The notes under the pieces were generated by a model that made no database searches, had not been told where the DNA came from, and saw only the letters and a program-made list of their open reading frames with translations. From Auanema rhodensis (taxonomy: Eukaryota; Animalia; Nematoda): a stretch of 64,000 nucleotides of DNA. Both the position numbers and the translations under genes were made by a program. Shown one piece after another: positions 10,501 through 24,600 of the stretch; positions within the stretch are counted from its first letter, which is position 1, and the number at the start of each line of letters is the position of its first letter. The stretch spans positions 1,302,001-1,366,000 of the forward strand of contig OZ059895.1 in NCBI GenBank assembly GCA_964057225.1. Direction: 5' to 3'.

Positions 10501-13140
10501 TGGAAGCAATGTTGAGTGTACATGGAAACTCAACATACACTAATGCATCATTTTTCAAACGATCATAACTAATTTTTGTATTAAGCGTTTCTCAATTTAG
10601 TATAGTGCATTCGATGCGGATTTTTAAGCTGCGTCGATCTGTGTTATCAGATTTGCGCTAGCTGAAAAATGCACCGAGATATCAACTGATATAAGTTCAC
10701 ACTTATATCCTCGATTTTCACCCTGAAGAATTAATTTTTTCGTTGAATAACATTGTCCATCGTCTTTGCCTTGAAAAAAGGAATCTAAAAACATCTACTT
10801 TTTGCTAAATTATTTTGAAATTTTTCGAAAAAATTTTTGTCAAAATGTTTTTGGAAGCAATGTTGAGTGTACATGGAAACTCAACATACACTAATGCATC
10901 ATTTTTCAAACGATCATAATTAATTTTTGTATTAAGCGTTTCTCAATGTAGTATAGTGCATTCGATGCGGATTTTTAAGCTGCGTCGATCTGTGTTATCA
11001 GATTTGCGCTAGCTTAAAAATGCACCGAGATATCAACTGATATAAGTTCACACTTATATCCTCGATTTTCACCCTGAAGAATTAATTTTTTCGTTGAATA
11101 ACATTGTCCATCGTCTTTGCCTTGAAAAAAGGAATCTAAAAACATCTACTTTTTGCTAAATTATTTTGAAATTTTTCGAAAAAATTTTTGTCAAAATGTT
11201 TTTGGAAGCAATGTTGAGTGTACATGGAAACTCAACATACACTAATGCATCATTTTTCAAACGATCATAATTAATTTTTGTATTAAGCGTTTCTCAATGT
11301 AGTATAGTGCATTCGATGCGGATTTTTAAGCTGCGTCGATCTGTGTTATCAGATTTGCGCTAGCTTAAAAATGCACCGAGATATCAACTGATATAAGTTC
11401 ACACTTATATCCTCGATTTTCACCCTGAAGAATTAATTTTTTCGTTGAATAACATTGTCCATCGTCTTTGCCTTGAAAAAAGGAATCTAAAAACATCTAC
11501 TTTTTGCTAAATTATTTTGAAATTTTTCGAAAAAATTTTTGTCAAAATGTTTTTGGAAGCAATGTTGAGTGTACATGGAAACTCAACATACACTAATGCA
11601 TCATTTTTCAAACGATCATAATTAATTTTTGTATTGAGCGTTTCTCAATGTAGTATAGTGCAATCGATGCGGATTTTTAAGCTGCGTCGATCTGTGTTAT
11701 CAGATTTGCGCTAGCTTAAAAATGCACCGAGATATCAACTGATATAAGTTCACACTTATATCCTCGATTTTCACCCTGAAGAATTAATTTTTTCGTTGAA
11801 TAACATTGTCCATCGTCTTTGCCTTGAAAAAAGGAATCTAAAAACATCTACTTTTTGCTAAATTATTTTGAAATTTTTCGAAAAAATTTTTGTCAAAATG
11901 TTTTTGGAAGCAATGTTGAGTGTACATGGAAACTCAACATACACTAATGCATCATTTTTCAAACGATCATAACTAATTTTTGTATTAAGCGTTTCTCAAT
12001 GTAGTAAAGTGCATTCGATGCGGATTTTTAAGCTGCGTCGATCTGTGTTATCAGATTTGCGCTAGCTTAAAAATGCACCGAGATATCAACTGATATAAGT
12101 TCACACTTATATCCTCGATTTTCACCCTGAAGAATTAATTTTTTCGTTGAATAACATTGTCCATCGTCTTTGCCTTAAAAAAAGGAATCTGAAAACATCT
12201 ACTTTTTGCTAAATTATTTTGAAATTTTTCGAAAAAATTTTTGTCAAAATGTTTTTGGAAGCAATGTTGAGTGTACATGGAAACTCAACATACACTAATG
12301 CATCATTTTTCAAACGATCATAACTAATTTTTGTATTAAGCGTTTCTCAATTTAGTATAGTGCATTCGATGCGGATTTTTAAGCTGCGTCGATCTGTGTT
12401 ATCAGATTTGCGCTAGCTGAAAAATGCACCGAGATATCAACTGATATAAGTTCACACTTATATCCTCGATTTTCACCCTGAAGAATTAATTTTTTCGTTG
12501 AATAACATTGTCCATCGTCTTTGCCTTGAAAAAAGGAATCTAAAAACATCTACTTTTTGCTAAATTATTTTGAAATTTTTCGAAAAAATTTTTGTCAAAA
12601 TGTTTTTGGAAGCAATGTTGAGTGTACATGGAAACTCAACATACACTAATGCATCATTTTTCAAACGATCATAACTAATTTTTGTATTAAGCTTTTCTCA
12701 ATGTAGTATAGTGCATTCGATGCGGATTTTTAAGCTGCGTCGTTCTGTGTTATCAGATTTGCGCTAGCTTAAAAATGCACCGAGATATCAACTGATATAA
12801 GTTCACACTTATATCCTCGATTTTCACCCTGAAGAATTAATTTTTTCGTTGAATAACATTGTCCATCGTCTTTGCCTTGAAAAAAGGAATCTAAAAACAT
12901 CTACTTTTTGCTAAATTATTTTGAAATTTTTCGAAAAAATTTTTGTCAAAATGTTTTTGGAAGCAATGTTGAGTGTACATGGAAACTCAACATACACTAA
13001 TGCATCATTTTTCAAACGATCATAACTAATTTTTGTATTAAGCGTTTCTCAATGTAGTATAATGCATTCGATGCGGATTTTTAAGCTGCGTCGTTCTGTG
13101 TTATCAGATTTGCGCTAGCTTAAAAATGCACCGAGATATC
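2809..13140. repeat. 15-mer (5265 bp) tandem block duplication, M9-M23 vs M24-M38
   Basis: Rare variants recur at exactly +5265: 205G (4768/10033), 57T (7428/12693), 75A (7797/13062). The order of intervening haplotypes is also the same. Confidence 0.9.
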
Positions 13141-13689
13141 AACTGATATAAGTTCACACATATATCCTCGATTTTCACCCTGAAGAATTAATTTTTTCGT
13201 TGAATAACATTGTCCATCGTCTTTGCCTTGAAAAAAGGAATCTAAAAACATCTACTTTTTGCTAAATTATTTTGAAATTTTTCGAAAAAATTTTTGTCAA
13301 AATGTTTTTGGAAGCAATGTTGAGTGTACATGGAAACTCAACATACACTAATGCATCATTTTTCAAACGATCATAATTAATTTTTGTATTAAGCGTTTCT
13401 CAATGTAGTATAGTGCATTCGATGCGGATTTTTAAGCTGCGTCGATCTGTGTTATCAGATTTGCGCTAGCTTAAAAATGCACCGAGATATCAACTGATAT
13501 AAGTTCACACTTATATCCTCGATTTTCACCCTCAAGAATTAATTTTTTTGTTGAATAACATTGTCCATTGTCTTTGCCTTGAAAAAAGGAATCTAAAAAC
13601 ATCTACTTTTTGCTAAATTATCTTGAAATTTTTCGAAAAAATTTTTGTCAAAATGTTTTTGGAAGCAATGTTGAGTGTACATGGAAACT

Positions 13690-16600
13690 CAACATACACT
13701 AATGCATCATTTTTCAAACGATCATAATTAATTTTTGTATTAAGCGTTTCTCAATGTAGTATAGTGCATTCGATGCGGATTTTTAAGCTGCGTCGATCTG
13801 TGTTATCAGATTTGCGCTAGCTTAAAAATGCACCGAGATATCAACTGATATAAGTTCACACTTATATCCTCGATTTTCACCCTGAAGAATTAATTTTTTC
13901 GTTGAATAACATTGTCCATCGTCTTTGCCTTGAAAAAAAGAATCTAAAAACATCTACTTTTTGCTAAATTATTTTGAAATTTTTCGAAAAAATTTTTGTC
14001 AAAATGTTTTTGGAAGCAATGTTGAGTGTACATGGAAACTCAGCATACACTAATGCATCATTTTTCAAACGATCATAATTAATTTTTGTATTAAGCGTTT
14101 CTCAATGTAGTATAGTGCATTCGATGCGGATTTTTAAGCTGCGTCGATCTGTGTTATCAGATTTGCGCTAGCTTAAAAATGCACCGAGATATCAACTGAT
14201 ATAAGTTCACACTTATATCCTCGATTTTCACCCTGAAGAATTGATTTTTTCGTTGAATAACATTGTCCATCGTCTTTGCCTTGAAAAAAGGAATCTAAAA
14301 ATATCTACTTTTTGCTAAATTATCTTGAAATTTTTCGAAAAAATTTTTGTCAAAATGTTTTTGGAAGCAATGTTGAGTGTACATGGAAACTCAACATACA
14401 CTAATGCATCATTTTTCAAACGATCATAATTAATTTTTGTATTAAGCGTTTCTCAATGTAGTATAGTGCAATCGATGCGGATTTTTAAGCTGCGTCGATC
14501 TGTGTTATCAGATTTGCGCTAGCTTAAAAATGCACCGAGATATGAACTGATATAAGTTCACACTTATATCCTCGATTTTCACCCTGAAGAATTAATTTTT
14601 TCGTTGAATAACATTGTCCATCGTCTTTGCCTTGAAAAAAGGAATCTAAAAACATCTACTTTTTGCTAAATTATCTTGAAATTTTTCGAAAAAATTTTTG
14701 TCAAAATGTTTTTGGAAGCAATGTTGAGTGTACATGGAAACTCAACATACACTAATGCATCATTTTTCAAACGATCATAATTAATTTTTGTATTGAGCAT
14801 TTCTCAATGTAGTATAGTGCATTCGATGCGGATTTTTAAGCTGCGTCGATCTGTGTTATCAGATTTGCGCTAGCTTAAAAATGCACCGAGATATGAACTG
14901 ATATAAGTTCACACTTATATCCTCGATTTTCACCCTGAAGAATTAATTTTTTCGTTGAATAACATTGTCCATCGTCTTTGCCTTGAAAAAAGAAATCTAA
15001 AAACATCTACTTTTTGCTAAATTATTTTGAAATTTTTCGAAAAAATTTTTGTCAAAATGTTTTTGGAAGCAATGTTGAGTGTACATGGAAACTCAACATA
15101 CACTAATGCATCATTTTTCAAACGATCATAACTAATTTTTGTATTAAGCGTTTCTCAATGTAGTATAGTGCATTCGATGCGGATTTTTAAGCTGCGTCGT
15201 TCTGTGTTATCAGATTTGCGCTAGCTTAAAAATGCACCGAGATATCAACTGATATAAGTTCACACATATATCCTCGATTTTCACCCTGAAGAATTAATTT
15301 TTTTGTTGAATAACATTGTCCATCGTCTTTGCCTTGAAAAAAGGAATCTAAAAACATCTACTTTTTGCTAAATTATTTTGAAATTTTTCGAAAAAATTTT
15401 TGTCAAAATGTTTTTGGAAGCAATGTTGAGTGTACATGGAAACTCAACATACACTAATGCATCATTTTTCAAACGATCATAATTAATTTTTGTATTAAGC
15501 GTTTCTCAATGTAGTATAGTGCATTCGATGCGGATTTTTAAGCTGCGTCGATCTGTGTTATCAGATTTGCGCTAGCTTAAAAATGCACCGAGATATCAAC
15601 TGATATAAGTTCACACTTATATCCTCGATTTTCACCCTGAAGAATTGATTTTTTCGTTGAATAACATTGTCCATCGTCTTTGCCTTGAAAAAAGGAATCT
15701 AAAAATATCTACTTTTTGCTAAATTATCTTGAAATTTTTCGAAAAAATTTTTGTCAAAATGTTTTTGGAAGCAATGTTGAGTGTACATGGAAACTCAACA
15801 TACACTAATGCATCATTTTTCAAACGATCATAATTAATTTTTGTATTAAGCGTTTCTCAATGTAGTATAGTGCAATCGATGCGGATTTTTAAGCTGCGTC
15901 GATCTGTGTTATCAGATTTGCGCTAGCTTAAAAATGCACCGAGATATGAACTGATGTAAGTTCACACTTATATCCTCGATTTTCACCCTGAAGAATTAAT
16001 TTTTTCGTTGAATAACATTGTCCATCGTCTTTGCCTTGAAAAAAGGAATCTAAAAACATCTACTTTTTGCTAAATTATCTTGAAATTTTTCGAAAAAATT
16101 TTTGTCAAAATGTTTTTGGAAGCAATGTTGAGTGTACATGGAAACTCAACATACACTAATGCATCATTTTTCAAACGATCATAATTAATTTTTGTATTGA
16201 GCATTTCTCAATGTAGTATAGTGCATTCGATGCGGATTTTTAAGCTGCGTCGATCTGTGTTATCAGATTTGCGCTAGCTTAAAAATGCACCGAGATATGA
16301 ACTGATATAAGTTCACACTTATATCCTCGATTTTCACCCTGAAGAATTAATTTTTTCGTTGAATAACATTGTCCATCGTCTTTGCCTTGAAAAAAGAAAT
16401 CTAAAAACATCTACTTTTTGCTAAATTATTTTGAAATTTTTCGAAAAAATTTTTGTCAAAATGTTTTTGGAAGCAATGTTGAGTGTACATGGAAACTCAA
16501 CATACACTAATGCATCATTTTTCAAACGATCATAACTAATTTTTGTATTAAGCGTTTCTCAATGTAGTATAGTGCATTCGATGCGGATTTTTAAGCTGCG

Positions 16601-18603
16601 TCGTTCTGTGTTATCAGATTTGCGCTAGCTTAAAAATGCACCGAGATATCAACTGATATAAGTTCACACATATATCCTCGATTTTCACCCTGAAGAATTA
16701 ATTTTTTTGTTGAATAACATTGTCCATCGTCTTTGCCTTGAAAAAAGGAATCTAAAAACATCTACTTTTTGCTAAATTATTTTGAAATTTTTCGAAAAAA
16801 TTTTTGTCAAAATGTTTTTGGAAGCAATGTTGAGTGTACATGGAAACTCAACATACACTAATGCATCATTTTTCAAACGATCATAATTAATTTTTGTATT
16901 AAGCGTTTCTCAATGTAGTATAGTGCATTCGATGCGGATTTTTAAGCTGCGTCGATCTGTGTTATCAGATTTGCGCTAGCTTAAAAATGCACCGAGATAT
17001 CAACTGATATAAGTTCACACTTATATCCTCGATTTTCACCCTGAAGAATTAATTTTTTCGTTGAATAACATTGTCCATCGTCTTTGCCTTGAAAAAAAGA
17101 ATCTAAAAACATCTACTTTTTGCTAAATTATTTTGAAATTTTTCGAAAAAATTTTTGTCAAAATGTTTTTGGAAGCAATGTTGAGTGTACATGGAAACTC
17201 AGCATACACTAATGCATCATTTTTCAAACGATCATAATTAATTTTTGTATTAAGCGTTTCTCAATGTAGTATAGTGCATTCGATGCGGATTTTTAAGCTG
17301 CGTCGATCTGTGTTATCAGATTTGCGCTAGCTTAAAAATGCACCGAGATATCAACTGATATAAGTTCACACTTATATCCTCGATTTTCACCCTGAAGAAT
17401 TGATTTTTTCGTTGAATAACATTGTCCATCGTCTTTGCCTTGAAAAAAGGAATCTAAAAATATCTACTTTTTGCTAAATTATCTTGAAATTTTTCGAAAA
17501 AATTTTTGTCAAAATGTTTTTGGAAGCAATGTTGAGTGTACATGGAAACTCAACATACACTAATGCATCATTTTTCAAACGATCATAATTAATTTTTGTA
17601 TTAAGCGTTTCTCAATGTAGTATAGTGCAATCGATGCGGATTTTTAAGCTGCGTCGATCTGTGTTATCAGATTTGCGCTAGCTTAAAAATGCACCGAGAT
17701 ATGAACTGATATAAGTTCACACTTATATCCTCGATTTTCACCCTGAAGAATTAATTTTTTCGTTGAATAACATTGTCCATCGTCTTTGCCTTGAAAAAAG
17801 GAATCTAAAAACATCTACTTTTTGCTAAATTATCTTGAAATTTTTCGAAAAAATTTTTGTCAAAATGTTTTTGGAAGCAATGTTGAGTGTACATGAAAAC
17901 TCAACATACACTAATGCATCATTTTTCAAACGATCATAATTAATTTTTGTATTGAGCATTTCTCAATGTAGTATAGTGCATTCGATGCGGATTTTTAAGC
18001 TGCGTCGATCTGTGTTATCAGATTTGCGCTAGCTTAAAAATGCACCGAGATATGAACTGATATAAGTTCACACTTATATCCTCGATTTTCACCCTGAAGA
18101 ATTAATTTTTTCGTTGAATAACATTGTCCATCGTCTTTGCCTTGAAAAAAGAAATCTAAAAACATCTACTTTTTGCTAAATTATTTTGAAATTTTTCGAA
18201 AAAATTTTTGTCAAAATGTTTTTGGAAGCAATGTTGAGTGTACATGGAAACTCAACATACACTAATGCATCATTTTTCAAACGATCATAACTAATTTTTG
18301 TATTAAGCGTTTCTCAATGTAGTATAGTGCATTCGATGCGGATTTTTAAGCTGCGTCGTTCTGTGTTATCAGATTTGCGCTAGCTTAAAAATGCACCGAG
18401 ATATCAACTGATATAAGTTCACACATATATCCTCGATTTTCACCCTGAAGAATTAATTTTTTTGTTGAATAACATTGTCCATCGTCTTTGCCTTGAAAAA
18501 AGGAATCTAAAAACATCTACTTTTTGCTAAATTATTTTGAAATTTTTCGAAAAAATTTTTGTCAAAATGTTTTTGGAAGCAATGTTGAGTGTACATGGAA
18601 ACT
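13690..18603. repeat. Variable 5-4-5-mer higher-order repeat, M40-44 / M45-48 / M49-53
   Basis: Unit (250A)-(3G,203G,262T,284C)-(80A,153G,284C)-(53G,57A,153G,251A)-(39C,107T,173A,211T). The middle copy lacks one monomer equivalent. Confidence 0.85.
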
Positions 18604-21600
18604 CAACATACACTAATGCATCATTTTTCAAACGATCATAATTAATTTTTGTATTAAGCGTTTCTCAATTTAGTATAGTGCATTCGATGCGGATTTTTAA
18701 GCTGCGTCGATCTGTGTTATCAGATTTGCGCTAGCTTAAAAATGCACCGAGATATCAACTGATATAAGTTCACACATATATCCTCGATTTTCACCCTGAA
18801 GAATTAATTTTTTCGTTGAATAACATTGTCCATCGTCTTTGCCTTGAAAAAAGGAATCTAAAAACATCTACTTTTTGCTAAATTATTTTGAAATTTTTCG
18901 AAAAAATTTTTGTCAAAATGTTTTTGGAAGCAATGTTGAGTGTACATGGAAACTCAACATACACTAATGCATCATTTTTCAAACGATCATAATTAATTTT
19001 TGTATTAAGCGTTTCTCAATTTAGTATAGTGCATTCGATGCGGATTTTTAAGCTGCGTCGATCTGTGTTATCAGATTTGCGCTAGCTTAAAAATGCACCG
19101 AGATATCAACTGATATAAGTTCACACTTATATCCTCGATTTTCACCCTGAAGAATTAATTTTTTCGTTGAATAACATTGTCCATCGTCTTTGCCTTGAAA
19201 AAAGGAATCTGAAAACATCTACTTTTTGCTAAATTATTTTGAAATTTTTCGAAAAAATTTTTGTCAAAATGTTTTTGGAAGCAATGTTGAGTGTACATGG
19301 AAACTCAACATACACTAATGCATCATTTTTCAAACGATCATAACTAATTTTTGTATTAAGCGTTTCTCAATTTAGTATAGTGCATTCGATGCGGATTTTT
19401 AAGCTGCGTCGATCTGTGTTATCAGATTTGCGCTAGCTGAAAAATGCACCGAGATATCAACTGATATAAGTTCACACTTATATCCTCGATTTTCACCCTG
19501 AAGAATTAATTTTTTCGTTGAATAACATTGTCCATCGTCTTTGCCTTGAAAAAAGGAATCTAAAAACATCTACTTTTTGCTAAATTATTTTGAAATTTTT
19601 CGAAAAAATTTTTGTCAAAATGTTTTTGGAAGCAATGTTGAGTGTACATGGAAACTCAACATACACTAATGCATCATTTTTCAAACGATCATAACTAATT
19701 TTTGTATTAAGCGTTTCTCGATGTAGTATAGTGCATTCGATGCGGATTTTTAAGCTGCGTCGTTCTGTGTTATCAGATTTGCGCTAGCTTAAAAATGCAC
19801 CGAGATATCAACTGATATAAGTTCACACATATATCCTCGATTTTCACCCTGAAGAATTAATTTTTTCGTTGAATAACATTGTCCATCGTCTTTGCCTTGA
19901 AAAAAAGAATCTAAAAACATCTACTTTTTGCTAAATTATTTTGAAATTTTTCGAAAAAATTTTTGTCAAAATGTTTTTGGAAGCAATGTTGAGTGTACAT
20001 GGAAACTCAACATACACTAATGCATCATTTTTCAAACGATCATAATTAATTTTTGTATTAAGCGTTTCTCAATGTAGTATAGTGCATTCGATGCGGATTT
20101 TTAAGCTGCGTCGATCTGTGTTATCAGATTTGCGCTAGCTTAAAAATGCACCGAGATATCAACTGATATAAGTTCACACTTATATCCTCGATTTTCACCC
20201 TGAAGAATTAATTTTTTTGTTGAATAACATTGTCCATCGTCTTTGCCTTGAAAAAAGGAATCTAAAAACATCTACTTTTTGCTAAATTATCTTGAAATTT
20301 TTCGAAAAAATTTTTGTCAAAATGTTTTTGGAAGCAATGTTGAGTGTACATGGAAACTCAACATACACTAATGCATTATTTTTCAAACGATCATAATTAA
20401 TTTTTGTATTAAGCGTTTCTCAATGTAGTATAGTGCATTCGATGCGGATTTTTAAGCTGCGTCGATCTGTGTTATCAGATTTGCGCTAGCTTAAAAATGC
20501 ACCGAGATATCAACTGATATAAGTTCACACTTATATCCTCGATTTTCACCCTGAAGAATTAATTTTTTCGTTGAATAACATTGTCCATCGTCTTTGCCTT
20601 GAAAAAAGGAATCTAAAAACATCTACTTTTTGCTAAATTATCTTGAAATTTTTCGAAAAAATTTTTGTCAAAATGTTTTTGGAAGCAATGTTGAGTGTAC
20701 ATGGAAACTCAACATACACTAATGCATCATTTTTCAAACGATCATAATTAATTTTTGTATTAAGCGTTTCTCAATGTAGTATAGTGCAATCGATGCGGAT
20801 TTTTAAGCTGCGTCGATCTGTGTTATCAGATTTGCGCTAGCTTAAAAATGCACCGAGATATCAACTGATATAAGTTCACACTTATATCCTCGATTTTCAC
20901 CCTGAAGAATTAATTTTTTCGTTGAATAACATTGTCCATCGTCTTTGCCTTGAAAAAAGGAATCTAAAAACATCTACTTTTTGCTAAATTATTTTGAAAT
21001 TTTTCGAAAAAATTTTTGTCAAAATGTTTTTGGAAGCAATGTTGAGTGTACATGGAAACTCAACATACACTAATGCATCATTTTTCAAACGATCATAATT
21101 AATTTTTGTATTAAGCGTTTCTCAATGTAGTATAGTGCATTCGATGCGGATTTTTAAGCTGCGTCGATCTGTGTTATCAGATTTGCGCTAGCTTAAAAAT
21201 GCACCGAGATATCAACTGATATAAGTTCACACTTATATCCTCGATTTTCACCCTGAAGAATTAATTTTTTCGTTGAATAACATTGTCCATCGTCTTTGCC
21301 TTGAAAAAAGGAATCTAAAAACATCTACTTTTTGCTAAATTATCTTGAAATTTTTCGAAAAAATTTTTGTCAAAATGTTTTTGGAAGCAATGTTGAGTGT
21401 ACATGGAAACTCAACATACACTAATGCATCATTTTTCAAACGATCATAATTAATTTTTGTATTGAGCGTTTCTCAATGTAGTATAGTGCAATCGATGCGG
21501 ATTTTTAAGCTGCGTCGATCTGTGTTATCAGATTTGCGCTAGCTTAAAAATGCACCGAGATATCAACTGATATAAGTTCACACTTATATCCTCGATTTTC

Positions 21601-24600
21601 ACCCTGAAGAATTAATTTTTTCGTTGAATAACATTGTCCATCGTCTTTGCCTTGAAAAAAGAAATCTAAAAACATCTACTTTTTGCTAAATTATTTTGAA
21701 ATTTTTCGAAAAAATTTTTGTCAAAATGTTTTTGGAAGCAATGTTGAGTGTACATGGAAACTCAACATACACTAATGCATCATTTTTCAAACGATCATAA
21801 CTAATTTTTGTATTAAGCGTTTCTCAATGTAGTAAAGTGCATTCGATGCGGATTTTTAAGCTGCGTCGATCTGTGTTATCAGATTTGCGCTAGCTTAAAA
21901 ATGCACCGAGATATCAACTGATATAAGTTCACACTTATATCCTCGATTTTCACCCTGAAGAATTAATTTTTTCGTTGAATAACATTGTCCATCGTCTTTG
22001 CCTTAAAAAAAGGAATCTGAAAACATCTACTTTTTGCTAAATTATTTTGAAATTTTTCGAAAAAATTTTTGTCAAAATGTTTTTGGAAGCAATGTTGAGT
22101 GTACATGGAAACTCAACATACACTAATGCATCATTTTTCAAACGATCATAACTAATTTTTGTATTAAGCGTTTCTCAATTTAGTATAGTGCATTCGATGC
22201 GGATTTTTAAGCTGCGTCGATCTGTGTTATCAGATTTGCGCTAGCTGAAAAATGCACCGAGATATCAACTGATATAAGTTCACACTTATATCCTCGATTT
22301 TCACCCTGAAGAATTAATTTTTTCGTTGAATAACATTGTCCATCGTCTTTGCCTTGAAAAAAGGAATCTAAAAACATCTACTTTTTGCTAAATTATTTTG
22401 AAATTTTTCGAAAAAATTTTTGTCAAAATGTTTTTGGAAGCAATGTTGAGTGTACATGGAAACTCAACATACACTAATGCATCATTTTTCAAACGATCAT
22501 AACTAATTTTTGTATTAAGCTTTTCTCAATGTAGTATAGTGCATTCGATGCGGATTTTTAAGCTGCGTCGTTCTGTGTTATCAGATTTGCGCTAGCTGAA
22601 AAATGCACCGAGATATCAACTGATATAAGTTCACACTTATATCCTCGATTTTCACCCTGAAGAATTAATTTTTTCGTTGAATAACATTGTCCATCGTCTT
22701 TGCCTTGAAAAAAGGAATCTAAAAACATCTACTTTTTGCTAAATTATTTTGAAATTTTTCGAAAAAATTTTTGTCAAAATGTTTTTGGAAGCAATGTTGA
22801 GTGTACATGGAAACTCAACATACACTAATGCATCATTTTTCAAACGATCATAACTAATTTTTGTATTAAGCGTTTCTCAATTTAGTATAGTGCATTCGAT
22901 GCGGATTTTTAAGCTGCGTCGATCTGTGTTATCAGATTTGCGCTAGCTTAAAAATGCACCGAGATATCAACTGATATAAGTTCACACTTATATCCTCGAT
23001 TTTCACCCTGAAGAATTAATTTTTTCGTTGAATAACATTGTTCATCGTCTTTGCCTTGAAAAAAGGAATCTGAAAACATCTACTTTTTGCTAAATTATTT
23101 TGAAATTTTTCGAAAAAATTTTTGTCAAAATGTTTTTGGAAGCAATGTTGAGTGTACATGGAAACTCAACATACACTAATGCATCATTTTTCAAACGATC
23201 ATAACTAATTTTTGTATTAAGCGTTTCTCAATTTCGTATAGTGCATTCGATGCGGATTTTTAAGCTGCGTCGATCTGTGTTATCAGATTTGCGCTAGCTG
23301 AAAAATGCACCGAGATATCAACTGATATAAGTTCACACTTATATCCTCGATTTTCACCCTGAAGAATTAATTTTTTCGTTGAATAACATTGTCCATCGTC
23401 TTTGCCTTGAAAAAAGGAATCTAAAAACATCTACTTTTTGCTAAATTATTTTGAAATTTTTTGAAAAAATTTTTGTCAAAATGTTTTTGGAAGCAATGTT
23501 GAGTGTACATGGAAACTCAACATACACTAATGCATCATTTTTCAAACGATCATAACTAATTTTTGTATTAAGCGTTTCTCAGAGTAGTATAGTGCATTCG
23601 ATGCGGATTTTTAAGCTGCGTCGTTCTGTGTTATCAGATTTGCGCTAGCTTAAAAATGCACCGAGATATCAACTGATATAAGTTCACACATATATCCTCG
23701 ATTTTCACCCTGAAGAATTAATTTTTTCGTTGAATAACATTGTCCATCGTCTTTGCCTTGAAAAAAAGAATCTAAAAACATCTACTTTTTGCTAAATTAT
23801 TTTGAAATTTTTCGGAAAAATTTTTGTCAAAATGTTTTTGGAAGCAATGTTGAGTGTACATGGAAACTCAACATACACTAATGCATCATTTTTCAAACGA
23901 TCATAATTAATTTTTGTATTAAGCGTTTCTCAATGTAGTATAGTGCATTCGATGCGGATTTTTAAGCTGCGTCGTTCTGTGTTATCAGATTTGCGCTAGC
24001 TTAAAAATGCACCGAGATATCAACTGATATAAGTTCACACATATATCCTCGATTTTCACCCTGAAGAATTAATTTTTTCGTTGAATAACATTGTCCATCG
24101 TCTTTGCCTTGAAAAAAAGAATCTAAAAACATCTACTTTTTGCTAAATTATTTTGAAATTTTTCGAAAAAATTTTTGTCAAAATGTTTTTGGAAGCAATG
24201 TTGAGTGTACATGGAAACTCAACATACACTAATGCATCATTTTTCAAACGATCATAATTAATTTTTGTATTAAGCGTTTCTCAATGTAGTATAGTGCATT
24301 CGATGCGGATTTTTAAGCTGCGTCGTTCTGTGTTATCAGATTTGCGCTAGCTTAAAAATGCACCGAGATATCAACTGATATAAGTTCACACATATATCCT
24401 CGATTTTCACCCTGAAGAATTAATTTTTTCGTTGAATAACATTGTCCATCGTCTTTGCCTTGAAAAAAAGAATCTAAAAACATCTACTTTTTGCTAAATT
24501 ATTTTGAAATTTTTCGAAAAAATTTTTGTCAAAATGTTTTTGGAAGCAATGTTGAGTGTACATGGAAACTCAACATACACTAATGCATCATTTTTCAAAC

